A stretch of 64,000 bases of DNA from IMG/VR virus record IMGVR_UViG_3300022856_000003. One strand, 5' to 3'. A program made the translations under genes and the position numbers. The stretch comes from a virus. The notes under the pieces were generated by a model. The model made no database searches. It was not told where the DNA came from and worked only from the letters and a program-made list of their open reading frames with translations. This document shows, one piece after another, positions 17,856 through 27,319 of the stretch; position 1 is the stretch's first letter; the number at the start of each line of letters is the position of its first letter.

Positions 17856-19721
17856 ATGAGCTGGATCCGAGACCGAATCAACGACATCCGAGAAGGCTTC
17901 TCCGGGGATTCCGGCAAGAAGGTCCGGGACATGCTCGACACGGACAAGGAGCGTGCAGCGGCAGAGATCCGCCGTGCCTCCCGTCCGACGAACGACAGAT
18001 CGTCTCAAGCGTGGAACATGTTCGACGCCCACGGGTATGCGGGGCTCTCGGACCACTTGGTCATCGAGAACGACCTCATGACCCGCTTCCTCGACTACGA
18101 GGAGATGGACGACTTCCCCGAGCTACACACTGCGCTCGACATCTACGCGGATGACGCATCTCAGGAGGATGTTCTTCGGAACAAGTCAGTCTGGATCACG
18201 TCCGAAGACGAGCGGGTCAAAGCGATCGGCACCGAGCTGCTCCACCAGACCCTCCGTATCGAGGAAGATCTCTGGGGCATCTTTCGGACGCTGTCGAAGT
18301 ACGGAAATGCCTACGCCGAACTGCTGGTGTCGGAGGGGAAGGGAGTCATCGGACTCGCCTTCATGCCTCCGGCCACCGTGCGGCGCATGGAGGACTACAA
18401 GAACGGTCTCATGGGATTCATCCAGGACCCGTCCGGTAAGGGGATGTCACCCGAGGAGTTCAAGAAGCTCCTCGACGGTGATGGTCGCCTGAACAAGGAC
18501 GCGGTAAGCCTCGATGCATCGGGAGCGATGAAGTTGGGCCAGGCTACTGAGGCCGGTCGACACATCGTCCCGTTCGAGGACTGGGAAGTGATCCATTGGC
18601 GTCTTCGCGGTAAGTGGATGCGTTCCATTTACGGCCACTCGGTACTTGAATCGGCCCGTTGGGTCTTTCGCCGTCTCGTACTGCTCGAAGACGCTGCGAT
18701 GCTCTACAAGCTGACACGGGCTCCCGCTCGGTACGTCTACTACATCGACACCGGGGATCTGAACCCGAAGCAGGCGCTCTCCTACGTCAACGACGTTCGT
18801 CGTGGACACAAAAAGAAGAAGTACGTCAACGCTCAGGGCAAGCTCGAGTTCAAGGTCAACCCCCTCGCCCAGGATGAGGACTTCTGGGTGCCTACCCGTG
18901 GAGGCAAGGAGTCCACACGAATCGACATCCTGAGTGGAGCTGACTGGCAGTCCATGGAGGACATCAAGTACTTCCGCCAGAAGATCCTCGCTGCCATCAA
19001 GATCCCTGCCGCCTACATCGGCATGTCTGACGCTGGCGATGAGGCTCGAGCTTCGCTGTCGTCTCAAGACGTGCGATTTGCGAAGACCATCCTCCGCATC
19101 CAGCGCGAGATGAAGAACGGTCTCCGCAAAGTGATGAGGGTTCACCTCTCCGCTCTGGGCATCGACCCGTCGTCGGTGGAGTGGGACATCCACATGGCAT
19201 CTCCCAGCTCGATCTTTGAGTTGGCCCAGATTGAAGTGCGGAACGCGCAAGCTGACCTCGCTACCCGTATGGAGCCCTTCGTCGACAAGAACTGGATCCT
19301 GGCGAACATCTTCGACTTCTCTGTTGACGAGATCGAAGACATGAAGCAGGCGAAGAAGGACGACACCGAAGACGATGCAATGCATCAGACAGAGATCCAG
19401 AAGCAGCAGAGTGAGATGCTTGGGCTGAACCCTGACGGTTCCATGCCTGATGAGGAGGGTGGAGCTACCCCACCTCCTGTGGCAAAGCCGAAGCCGCCTT
19501 CTGCCGAATCGGGTGAGTCCTCGAAGGAGAAAGGGACTGGCGACAAGCGACCGAACCCGAAGAAGGGGAAGGCAAAGCCCATCAAGAAGAACACGGCTGA
19601 GAGTCGTCTCGACGCTCTTGATCGTGCGATGAAGGCCCGCCGTGCTCGTCGTCTAGACCTGACAGAAGGTGAAGAGGCAGAAGTCATCCGACCAGTCTTC
19701 CGCAAGCGGTCCGGTTCGTAG
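17856..19721 (+). CDS. gp20: portal protein, T4 gp20-like
   Basis: YEEMD..PE...ALDIYADD, LLEDAAMLYKLTRAPARYVYYIDTGDL, EDFWVPTRGG. Confidence 0.92.
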   Translation: MSWIRDRINDIREGFSGDSGKKVRDMLDTDKERAAAEIRRASRPTNDRSSQAWNMFDAHGYAGLSDHLVIENDLMTRFLDYEEMDDFPELHTALDIYADDASQEDVLRNKSVWITSEDERVKAIGTELLHQTLRIEEDLWGIFRTLSKYGNAYAELLVSEGKGVIGLAFMPPATVRRMEDYKNGLMGFIQDPSGKGMSPEEFKKLLDGDGRLNKDAVSLDASGAMKLGQATEAGRHIVPFEDWEVIHWRLRGKWMRSIYGHSVLESARWVFRRLVLLEDAAMLYKLTRAPARYVYYIDTGDLNPKQALSYVNDVRRGHKKKKYVNAQGKLEFKVNPLAQDEDFWVPTRGGKESTRIDILSGADWQSMEDIKYFRQKILAAIKIPAAYIGMSDAGDEARASLSSQDVRFAKTILRIQREMKNGLRKVMRVHLSALGIDPSSVEWDIHMASPSSIFELAQIEVRNAQADLATRMEPFVDKNWILANIFDFSVDEIEDMKQAKKDDTEDDAMHQTEIQKQQSEMLGLNPDGSMPDEEGGATPPPVAKPKPPSAESGESSKEKGTGDKRPNPKKGKAKPIKKNTAESRLDALDRAMKARRARRLDLTEGEEAEVIRPVFRKRSGS

Positions 19722-19758
19722 TGGTGCTTCCAAATTCCCTCTGTGGTATGAAGTCGAC

Positions 19759-20430
19759 ATGACTCCCGCCCGTGTTCAAGCACTTGACGAGGCCCGTTCC
19801 ATCGCCGCCTCTATGGCTCAAGGTGATGAACTCTCCTCCCAGCGAAATCGATTGCGCCAGCTCGACGAGGCGGTGAGCAAGGGGAATGCCCTCTCAGTCG
19901 ACGGGATGATGCGCCGACTGAACAGCCGACGATCACGTGCTTCGTGGTCTGAGGTTTACACGGAGCATGAACGCGACATCCGAGCCCATCTACATGGCCG
20001 GTTGACCGAGATCGTCGCAGGGCTTCCTGACACACGTTTCCGGGTCCTCGCCTCGAAGCACGCCCCTGACGACCCAGAGCGATATCGCACCGACGTGGTC
20101 GAGTCTCTGGGTGCTGTGCTCGACAAATACGAGGAGCTGGCCAATAAGGCTGGTGCCTTGATCGACGAGGCAATCGCTGCCCCCACTGGGTATCTCGATG
20201 CCGCCAATGGGCTGATCGAGAGCAACATCCGTGGGTTCCTTACCTCGCTCCAGTCCAGCTCGGCCTTCCTTGTAGGGGACGGACGCGCTATCTTGGGCGA
20301 GGAAGCTGCTGGTGGGGCTCTGGCTCGTCTGGCAAGATTCCATGACCTTTTGGCTGACGGCCTTGAGGACTTCACCTTGGCCTTCACCTACGCGAGTGAT
20401 CTCGCGACCGCTTCCAGGAGCCAGACATGA
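19759..20430 (+). CDS. hypothetical head-associated protein
   Basis: Located between portal and prohead core genes. Confidence 0.6.
   Translation: MTPARVQALDEARSIAASMAQGDELSSQRNRLRQLDEAVSKGNALSVDGMMRRLNSRRSRASWSEVYTEHERDIRAHLHGRLTEIVAGLPDTRFRVLASKHAPDDPERYRTDVVESLGAVLDKYEELANKAGALIDEAIAAPTGYLDAANGLIESNIRGFLTSLQSSSAFLVGDGRAILGEEAAGGALARLARFHDLLADGLEDFTLAFTYASDLATASRSQT
19843..19856. repeat. dispersed palindrome variant (CGAAATCGATTGCG), intragenic
   Basis: Read directly. Confidence 0.8.
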
Positions 20431-21398
20431 CTACGCCACAGCGAACCGTTCGCCCGCTCACCGAGGACCTCGACGCACTGGGTCTGGGTGGAATTGACCT
20501 CTCACTTGCGGGAATGACCGAATCCGTCGAGACGCCTGCCACCCCCGTCGATGCTGCTGCGGTCGCTGCCGCCGCCGCTGCGGAAGAGTCCGAGGCTCCG
20601 ACCCTCACCGACGAGCAGGTCACGACCATCGTCGAAGCGGTCTACGCGGATGTCCGCGCCGAGATCAATGACGACGAGATCGACTACACGGAGGATGACG
20701 GCGGCATCACTCAGTTCGAGGCCGACCTCAAGGAGTCGATTCTCGACCTCGTCACCTCGAAGAGCGCGGAACTCGCCGAAACCATCACCGAGGGTGACGA
20801 CCAGCTCGAGGAGCAAACGCGGGTCATCCGCAAGCTCGTCGGCGGCTCGCTCAAGAACGTGCGCCAGAAGCTCATTCCTCGTGCCGAGCGTCGGAAGGCG
20901 TCCATGGAGCGACGCAGGACCCGTGGTGCCTCGAACATGAAGCAGCGCAAGTACCGCAAGACCCACCGGGCTCAGATCGGTCGCCATGCGAAGCGCCGTG
21001 CCCGCGCCGAGTCGGATGAGTCCGGTGGTTCCGCCATCGACCGCATCCGCGCTCTCATCGGTGAGTCCGAGGTCGCACCGGTCGTCGGAGATCTGGATGG
21101 CCATGCTGCCCAGATCGCTGAGGGCTACGAGCGGTTGGCTCGCGCCATGGACACGCTGGCGATCTTCTTCGAGGATCACGGCAACGACGAGGACTGGCCC
21201 ATCTCGGAGGCTCTGACCGAGGGTATGGAGAGCATGGCGGGAGCCTGCGACAACCTCGTCGAAAGTGAGCTGGACCTCGCTGGTCACATCTCCCGACTCC
21301 AGAAGTTCGGTCAGGTCGTCGATGAGGCGCTGACGGTCTTCGAGAGCTACGAGATGGTCCCGGCCGGTGAAGAGGACGACGACCAGGGAAACGACTGA
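20427..21398 (+). CDS. putative prohead core protein
   Basis: Acidic/basic/acidic blocks, many L/I-x-E sites, position upstream of the protease. Confidence 0.55.
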   Translation: MTTPQRTVRPLTEDLDALGLGGIDLSLAGMTESVETPATPVDAAAVAAAAAAEESEAPTLTDEQVTTIVEAVYADVRAEINDDEIDYTEDDGGITQFEADLKESILDLVTSKSAELAETITEGDDQLEEQTRVIRKLVGGSLKNVRQKLIPRAERRKASMERRRTRGASNMKQRKYRKTHRAQIGRHAKRRARAESDESGGSAIDRIRALIGESEVAPVVGDLDGHAAQIAEGYERLARAMDTLAIFFEDHGNDEDWPISEALTEGMESMAGACDNLVESELDLAGHISRLQKFGQVVDEALTVFESYEMVPAGEEDDDQGND

Positions 21399-21418
21399 AC
21401 GGTAGGCCCGGCGCTCCC

Positions 21419-21610
21419 TTGGACGAGGCTCCAAGGAAGCGTCGGACCGCCTACCGGAGTGGGAGGCTGGAGCTAATCGGCTACGACCCGAAGATCCCTG
21501 GGAGGAAGAACAAGACCGCACGGAAGGTCTCTCCCGAGGGCAAGCGCAAAGGTCGTTCCCCGATCAGCAAAACGCCATTCAAAGGCTCCTTCCGCTGGAA
21601 GAAGGGCTGA
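21419..21610 (+). CDS. small highly basic protein
   Basis: 63-aa K/R-rich ORF filling the gap. Confidence 0.4.
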   Translation: MDEAPRKRRTAYRSGRLELIGYDPKIPGRKNKTARKVSPEGKRKGRSPISKTPFKGSFRWKKG

Positions 21611-21637
21611 CCAGATCTCAGCGAGGAACGACACGAC

Positions 21638-23794
21638 ATGACCGCACCGCATCTCCAGGAACTCATTGATGTCTACCCTGTCCGTCTCTCCCTGGAGGAG
21701 AGTACGGGCCGAGTCCTGATCAAGGGTGCGTTCGGCCATTGCAGCGAGCCCACATCGAACAAGCGGCTGTACTCCGAGAAGGTGATGCAGCCCAACTTCG
21801 ATCGGCTCAAGGAGTCGATGGGCAAGCGTCGTCTCTTCGGTGAGCTGGATCACCCCGCCGACGGGAAGACCTCGCTCAAGCGAGTCAGTCACATCGTCAC
21901 CGAACTGTCGATCACCGAGGATGGTGAAGTTCTCGGCTCGCTTGAGCCGTTGCCGACTCCCATGGGAGACATCCTCAAGGCGCTGGCGAAGGCCGGTTGC
22001 GAGCTGGGCGTGTCTAGTCGTGGTCGCGGTTCCGTCGTCACCGTCGAGGGGATCGACGAGGTCCAGAAGGACTACGTCCTAAAGACCTACGACGTGGTCG
22101 ACAATCCCGCCTCGAAGAACGCCTTCCCGACGGTGACCGAATCGGCACAGGTCGAGAGCTTCCTCGAGTCCATCGACGAGGAACACCGCGACGAACTCCG
22201 CACGGCCTTCAACGAGGCAGCGGCCCACATCGACACCTTCACGCTGGAGGACATCAAGGATGACGCTCTGCGTGCCCAGGTGTCTGAGGCTCTTCGTCTG
22301 ACTGAGGACGAGGATGCGCTGGAGGACATCGATCTCGGTGGCTCCGACAACTGGCTCGACGAGAACGAGTGGGCCGTTGCTCTGGAGGAGAAGTCTTCCA
22401 GCAAGCCGAAGAAGATTCAGGGTGGTCACCTCCTGGTGGTTGCTCCTGACGACGACATCAAGACCCTCGCTCGACGACTTGTCCGTATCTCTGTCACGGA
22501 GAAGTACAAGGGAGAGAAGATCTTCCTGTCACCGCCGAAGACTGACCGGAAGAACGCCTTCTGGTTCAACAAGTCGGACAGCAAGTTCCACGGCCTTCAC
22601 GCCAACGGCAAGGTGATGGTCAGTGGCTACAACGGCGAAGTGGTCGCTACCAACGTCCTCAAGGACTGGATGAAGGCTGGAGGTCTGCCCGTGAACGAAT
22701 CCATCGAAGACGTACTCAAGGGAGCCGGGTTCGTGAATCCCGACGCTGCGACCATGACGACGATCCTGGAGGCAGCGGAGCACGATCGTGAGTCTCTCAA
22801 GGAGGCCAAGGTCAATGTCGAGCAGAAGACCGCCGAGGTCGACCGCCTCACTGAGGTTGTCGCCAACGGATTGGTGGACGCACGAGTCGAGCTTCGCACT
22901 GAGCTGACGGAGACCATTCGCGCAGAGATGCTCGCTGATCCCGAGGTGGCTGCTTCTCGACTGGTCCTCGAGCAGGTTGCCACGGCGCTCCGTCCGATCA
23001 TGCCGTCGCTGGGTGTGGACGATCCTGCACTCCAGCAGGCCCGCCGCGACAACCTGGCCCTGTCTGACCTCCTCAAGAGCAAGGACTTCGACCTCGCGTC
23101 GGCGAAGTTCGCACACGAAGAGGCTGAGGCCACGGCAGCTTCCACGGTCCTTGAGGCGCACCTCTCGGAGAAGCTCTCGGGTCACCCGAAGGCTGACTCC
23201 ATCCGCAAGCTCATCGGCCCCCTGGACAAGCTCGAGGGGAAGGTTGATCTCGACGCTCGCTTGGAGGCTGCGTTCGAGGCCATGGGTACGGTCGCCTCGC
23301 ACACGACTGCCGTCGGTGAGGAGCAGGCTGAGCGCATCACGGCCCTCGAATCGGAGCTGGATTCCGCAAATGCAGCTCTGGACAGCAAGTCGAAGAAGCT
23401 GCTGGAGGCTGTCGCCCTGGGTGAGGAGATTGACACCGAGCGCACGATCGCCGTGATTGCCCAGAACATCGCAGAGGTGGCGGTCTACGCTTCCCGCAAG
23501 GTGGCTGGCATGGACAACGCTGTTCAGATGCTCTCGCTCTGCGAGGGTCTCGACAGCGAGGCGAAGGTCGACAAGGTCATCAAGCGGAGCATCCCCGCTA
23601 CCAACGGAAAGAACGAGATCCAGGAACGAATCACTGCACGCAAGCGTCGTTCTGCGGAGGCTCGTCTCGAAGGTGGCGAAATCGATTTCGCTGAGGAAGC
23701 TGGACAGAGGTCCCGTCCGAGTGGTATCAAGATCTCAGAGGGCTTCGAGGTGGACCTGGATGAGGCCGCTTCCCTCGCCGGGGCTTCCGGCTAA
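21638..23794 (+). CDS. gp21: prohead protease (T4 gp21-like) fused to scaffold-like coiled coil
   Basis: NKRLY, FGELDHP (His), LGVSSRGRG (Ser), YDVVDNPA; long helical C-terminus. Confidence 0.9.
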   Translation: MTAPHLQELIDVYPVRLSLEESTGRVLIKGAFGHCSEPTSNKRLYSEKVMQPNFDRLKESMGKRRLFGELDHPADGKTSLKRVSHIVTELSITEDGEVLGSLEPLPTPMGDILKALAKAGCELGVSSRGRGSVVTVEGIDEVQKDYVLKTYDVVDNPASKNAFPTVTESAQVESFLESIDEEHRDELRTAFNEAAAHIDTFTLEDIKDDALRAQVSEALRLTEDEDALEDIDLGGSDNWLDENEWAVALEEKSSSKPKKIQGGHLLVVAPDDDIKTLARRLVRISVTEKYKGEKIFLSPPKTDRKNAFWFNKSDSKFHGLHANGKVMVSGYNGEVVATNVLKDWMKAGGLPVNESIEDVLKGAGFVNPDAATMTTILEAAEHDRESLKEAKVNVEQKTAEVDRLTEVVANGLVDARVELRTELTETIRAEMLADPEVAASRLVLEQVATALRPIMPSLGVDDPALQQARRDNLALSDLLKSKDFDLASAKFAHEEAEATAASTVLEAHLSEKLSGHPKADSIRKLIGPLDKLEGKVDLDARLEAAFEAMGTVASHTTAVGEEQAERITALESELDSANAALDSKSKKLLEAVALGEEIDTERTIAVIAQNIAEVAVYASRKVAGMDNAVQMLSLCEGLDSEAKVDKVIKRSIPATNGKNEIQERITARKRRSAEARLEGGEIDFAEEAGQRSRPSGIKISEGFEVDLDEAASLAGASG
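23677..23690. repeat. dispersed palindrome copy (intragenic, encodes EIDF)
   Basis: GCGAAATCGATTTCGC. Confidence 0.9.
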
Positions 23795-23849
23795 CTCGAA
23801 GTAGTCCAGCCATCAGTCCCTACGGGGCAACACTTCTACGAGGTACGCT

Positions 23850-25328
23850 ATGGAAGCCCGCGAAATGCTCCACGAGAACGGCACCCGCACGGTCGCCGAC
23901 GAGTCCTACACCAAGCAGCTCCGCACCAAGTGGGGCAAGCTTCTCGAGGGCATCACCGACACCTACAAGGCCAACGTGACGGCCGTTCTCTGCGAGAACG
24001 AGACGACTCACCTTCGGACCCTGAACGAAGAGACGCTCCAGTCGGGCGTCGGCAGCTTCACGAAGTACATCTTCCCGATTCTGCGTCGTGTGTTCCCCAA
24101 CCTGATCGCCCACGAGATCATGAGCGTCCAGCCCATGACCGCGCCGATCGGTGCCGTGTTCTTCTACGAGTACGTCCACTCGAACGCCAAGGGCGGCATC
24201 GCCTCGGGTGACAACCTCATCGAGACCTTCTCGGAGTGGTACAGCGCCGAGTACGTGGCCGAGGAGAGCCTGGCTACCGGAGACGGCGTCGACACCAGTT
24301 GGTCCGAGACCCTGGCGTGGACCCCGATTCGCCCACTCGACGCGGACTACGGCTGGTCCGTGACCATCACCGACGGCACCGAGATCTTCACGGACAACGG
24401 CAGCGGTGTCCTGACGGGCGACGCGGGCGGCTCGGGCACGGTCAACTACACGACCGGCGAGGTCTCGGTCACGTTCAACGCTGCGGTGACGAACAACCAG
24501 GCGATCACGGCGAACTACTACTACAACTCCGAGTCGAACTCGCAGATCCCCGAGGTCGAACTGAACCTCACGATGGTCGAGGTTCGTGCTCAGACGCGGA
24601 AGCTGAAGGCTCGCTGGAGTGCCGAGGCCGCTGACGACCTGCGCGCGTTCCACGGCATCGACGCCGAGGCCGAGCTGGTCGCGGGCATCGCCAACGAGAT
24701 CGCCCTGGAGATCGACCGTGAGCTGATCGACATGCTCGTGAGCAACGCGGGCATCTCGACGACCTGGACGTACACGAACCCGACGAACTCGGCTCGTGAG
24801 CTGGACGCGGTCCGCAACCTGCTGACGCTGCTCTCCGGCCTCTCGGCGCGGATTCACCGGGACAGCAAGCGCGCCCCGGCGAACTTCATCGTGACGACCC
24901 CGGAGGTCTGCGCGCTGCTCGAGCAGCTCACCACGCATGGCGACTACCGTCCTGCCTACGTGAGCAACCCGAACAGCCCGTTCGGCCCCGCCGACGCTCA
25001 GCAGGGACCGACCTACGGCCCGCTGACCTCGAACTTCGGCATCCAGCGCGTCGGAACGCTGATGCAGAAGTGGGCCGTCTACCAGGACCCCTTCCTCTCG
25101 GCTGCGACCGCCGCGAAGACGCTGCTCCTGGGACTCAAGGGCCGGAACTTCATGGACGCGGGTGCGGTGTACGCGCCGTACATCCCGCTCCAGGTGACTC
25201 CGACCTTCCTGGACCCGGATGACTTCACGTTCCGCAAGGGAATGCGGACCCGGTACAGCAAGAAGATGCTCCGCACGGAGTACTACGCGACCATCGCGAT
25301 CTCCGGTCTGCCCACCGCTTCCCTGTAA
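23850..25328 (+). CDS. gp23: major capsid protein, T4 gp23-like, with insertion domain
   Basis: RRVFPNLIA..IMSVQPMTAP, TRKLKARWSAEAADDL..FHGIDAEAEL, EIDRE, YAPYIPL, GMRTRY. Confidence 0.95.
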   Translation: MEAREMLHENGTRTVADESYTKQLRTKWGKLLEGITDTYKANVTAVLCENETTHLRTLNEETLQSGVGSFTKYIFPILRRVFPNLIAHEIMSVQPMTAPIGAVFFYEYVHSNAKGGIASGDNLIETFSEWYSAEYVAEESLATGDGVDTSWSETLAWTPIRPLDADYGWSVTITDGTEIFTDNGSGVLTGDAGGSGTVNYTTGEVSVTFNAAVTNNQAITANYYYNSESNSQIPEVELNLTMVEVRAQTRKLKARWSAEAADDLRAFHGIDAEAELVAGIANEIALEIDRELIDMLVSNAGISTTWTYTNPTNSARELDAVRNLLTLLSGLSARIHRDSKRAPANFIVTTPEVCALLEQLTTHGDYRPAYVSNPNSPFGPADAQQGPTYGPLTSNFGIQRVGTLMQKWAVYQDPFLSAATAAKTLLLGLKGRNFMDAGAVYAPYIPLQVTPTFLDPDDFTFRKGMRTRYSKKMLRTEYYATIAISGLPTASL

Positions 25329-25353
25329 GCCGGTGAGCCGGGAGGTGTAATCG

Positions 25354-25367
25354 CGAAATCGATTTCA
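25354..25367. repeat. dispersed palindrome copy nested in a hairpin downstream of the capsid gene
   Basis: CGAAATCGATTTCA flanked by GGGAGGTG / CACCTCCC. Confidence 0.85.
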
Positions 25368-25398
25368 CCTCCCCGGGCCTCGAGAATCAGACCCAGCG

Positions 25399-25433
25399 CA
25401 AGCCGTCCCTTTCCGGGGGCGGCTTGTTGCGTT
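25399..25433 (+). terminator. probable intrinsic terminator after the capsid gene
   Basis: CAAGCCGTCCC-TTTCC-GGGGGCGGCTTG stem followed by TTGCGTT. Confidence 0.55.
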
Positions 25434-25470
25434 ATAGTTCGTCAGATCGAACGACTCCCCAGTTCTGGAG

Positions 25471-26505
25471 ATGACACAGATGTCGCGTTACAAGCTCCTC
25501 GCCCCCGTCTTTCAGCTCACCCCTTCCCAGAAGAGGGCCATGCGAAACGCTCGCAGACCAAAGGTGGTGGGACTCAACCCGACAGGCTTCCCAGCCCTTC
25601 GTGTGACAAAGCCGGATCAGCTCATCGTGGGCGAGCAGTACGCCCAGTTCGATTCCCTGGTATGCCCGGTGCGTCCTCCGTTCCCGCAGGGCATTCGAGA
25701 CGAGCTTCTGGCTCTGGGTGTCCTCGTCGAGCGTGACGAACCGGTGAGCAGGGTCGAGGTGCAGACCGACGTGGATCCCGAAGGCCAGTCTGATCATGTG
25801 GCGAAGGTGGCCGCGAACATCGCCGCGTCACGAGCCCAGGGAGAGCCCACCGTTCGTGGTCTGGACCCGAATGGCGGCGCGGTCGACGAGGTGAACTTCT
25901 CGGATGAGGATGAGGATGAGCCCGCACCGGGTGGTGTCTTCGCGGAGATCGACGCCGATGGTCTTCGTGCCATGTTGGAGTACAACAACCCGCAGGATTC
26001 GCGACGAGTCCTCGAAGAGGCTGGAGTTCCCGGCGAACGAATCGAGGAGCTGTTCGCAGAGCTTCTGGTGGTGGCCGAGGAGAACGACGCCGACGACGGA
26101 TCTCACGTCCTGCCACTGCCCCCGAAGGCGACGGACGACACAGCGGGTGACCCCAGCCCTGCCATGCAGGACGCGCTGGATTCGCTCCAGGCCGATGCTC
26201 GCACCATTGAGTCCGATGAGACACCCGTCGAGGACTCTCCTGAGCCCGACGCAGACCCCGACGCTTCCGACGCCCACGTGCCCCCTGCCGAGGATGAAGT
26301 CCTCTCCGAGGCTCCTGCGGCCTCTGCGGACCCAGACGCCGTGCTGGACATCGACCCCAACTTGTCCGGTTTCCTCCTCGATGAGGGAATCGCAGCGGGT
26401 CGACCCAAGCCCGAGCCCAAGCCCAAGCCTGCCGCGAAGAAGCGCACTCGGAAGCCCCGCAAGAAGCCTGAGTCCGTGAAGCCCACCGACCCCGTCGGGG
26501 AGTGA
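25471..26505 (+). CDS. hypothetical acidic/Pro-rich protein
   Basis: GGAG SD; 344 aa; low complexity. Confidence 0.6.
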   Translation: MTQMSRYKLLAPVFQLTPSQKRAMRNARRPKVVGLNPTGFPALRVTKPDQLIVGEQYAQFDSLVCPVRPPFPQGIRDELLALGVLVERDEPVSRVEVQTDVDPEGQSDHVAKVAANIAASRAQGEPTVRGLDPNGGAVDEVNFSDEDEDEPAPGGVFAEIDADGLRAMLEYNNPQDSRRVLEEAGVPGERIEELFAELLVVAEENDADDGSHVLPLPPKATDDTAGDPSPAMQDALDSLQADARTIESDETPVEDSPEPDADPDASDAHVPPAEDEVLSEAPAASADPDAVLDIDPNLSGFLLDEGIAAGRPKPEPKPKPAAKKRTRKPRKKPESVKPTDPVGE

Positions 26506-26525
26506 TCGACCTGTAGGGAGTACGG

Positions 26526-27260
26526 ATGCCTCAGCGGCTAGAGGTCACACACGCCTCACTCATCAAACACATGAAGGTTCAGCTCGGCTGGCCCACCGCA
26601 TGTGTGGAGCTGAGTGATGATGCTCTGGAAGACGCGGCATTCGACGCGGAGATCTGGATCGCTGTCCACATGGGTATCGAGCGGAGAACCACGCTTGATC
26701 TGTACTCCGGTCAGAGCGAGTACAACATGCCGGATGACTGCGAGATGGTCATCGACATCGCGTTCCCACAGGTCTACTCCGGGTCGCTTCCGCTGGCGAT
26801 GCAGATCGAGGGTCTCGAAGATCTCTACTACGCCCAGTTCTATCAATTCGGCACCAGGGCGGGTGGGTTCAACTCGAACATCATCCAGCACCTCCAGTAC
26901 CTCGACATGACCCAGCGAACCCTGTCTTCGGACAAGGATCGCAGATGGGAGTCGTACCAGCGCAAGCTCATCGTCCAACCGGATGACGTGACGGGGACAG
27001 CCATCGTCTGGTACCTGTCGAATCAGGTGGAGTACGACTATCTTTCGCTGCCAGCCAAGATGCTCATCAGGAGGTACGCTGTGGCGGCGGCGATGCTCAT
27101 CCTTGGTCGGATTCGGTCGAAGTACTCAGAGATTCCTGCCGCTGGTGGGAAGGTGTCCCTCAACGGGGCCGAACTCATCGGTTCAGCAGAAGGTGAAATG
27201 GCGATGCTCGACGAAAAGGTCGGTCGCCTCGTGCCACCTCCTGGATTCATCACTGGTTGA
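26526..27260 (+). CDS. neck/head completion protein (T4 gp13-like)
   Basis: QLGWP..CVEL, ILGRIRSKY..IP..GG.VSLNG.EL. Confidence 0.8.
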   Translation: MPQRLEVTHASLIKHMKVQLGWPTACVELSDDALEDAAFDAEIWIAVHMGIERRTTLDLYSGQSEYNMPDDCEMVIDIAFPQVYSGSLPLAMQIEGLEDLYYAQFYQFGTRAGGFNSNIIQHLQYLDMTQRTLSSDKDRRWESYQRKLIVQPDDVTGTAIVWYLSNQVEYDYLSLPAKMLIRRYAVAAAMLILGRIRSKYSEIPAAGGKVSLNGAELIGSAEGEMAMLDEKVGRLVPPPGFITG

Positions 27261-27319
27261 CCAATAGGGGTCTGAGGGGCTACAACTACCCCTCAAGACC
27301 CTCTTTCGGAGCGCGCAGC

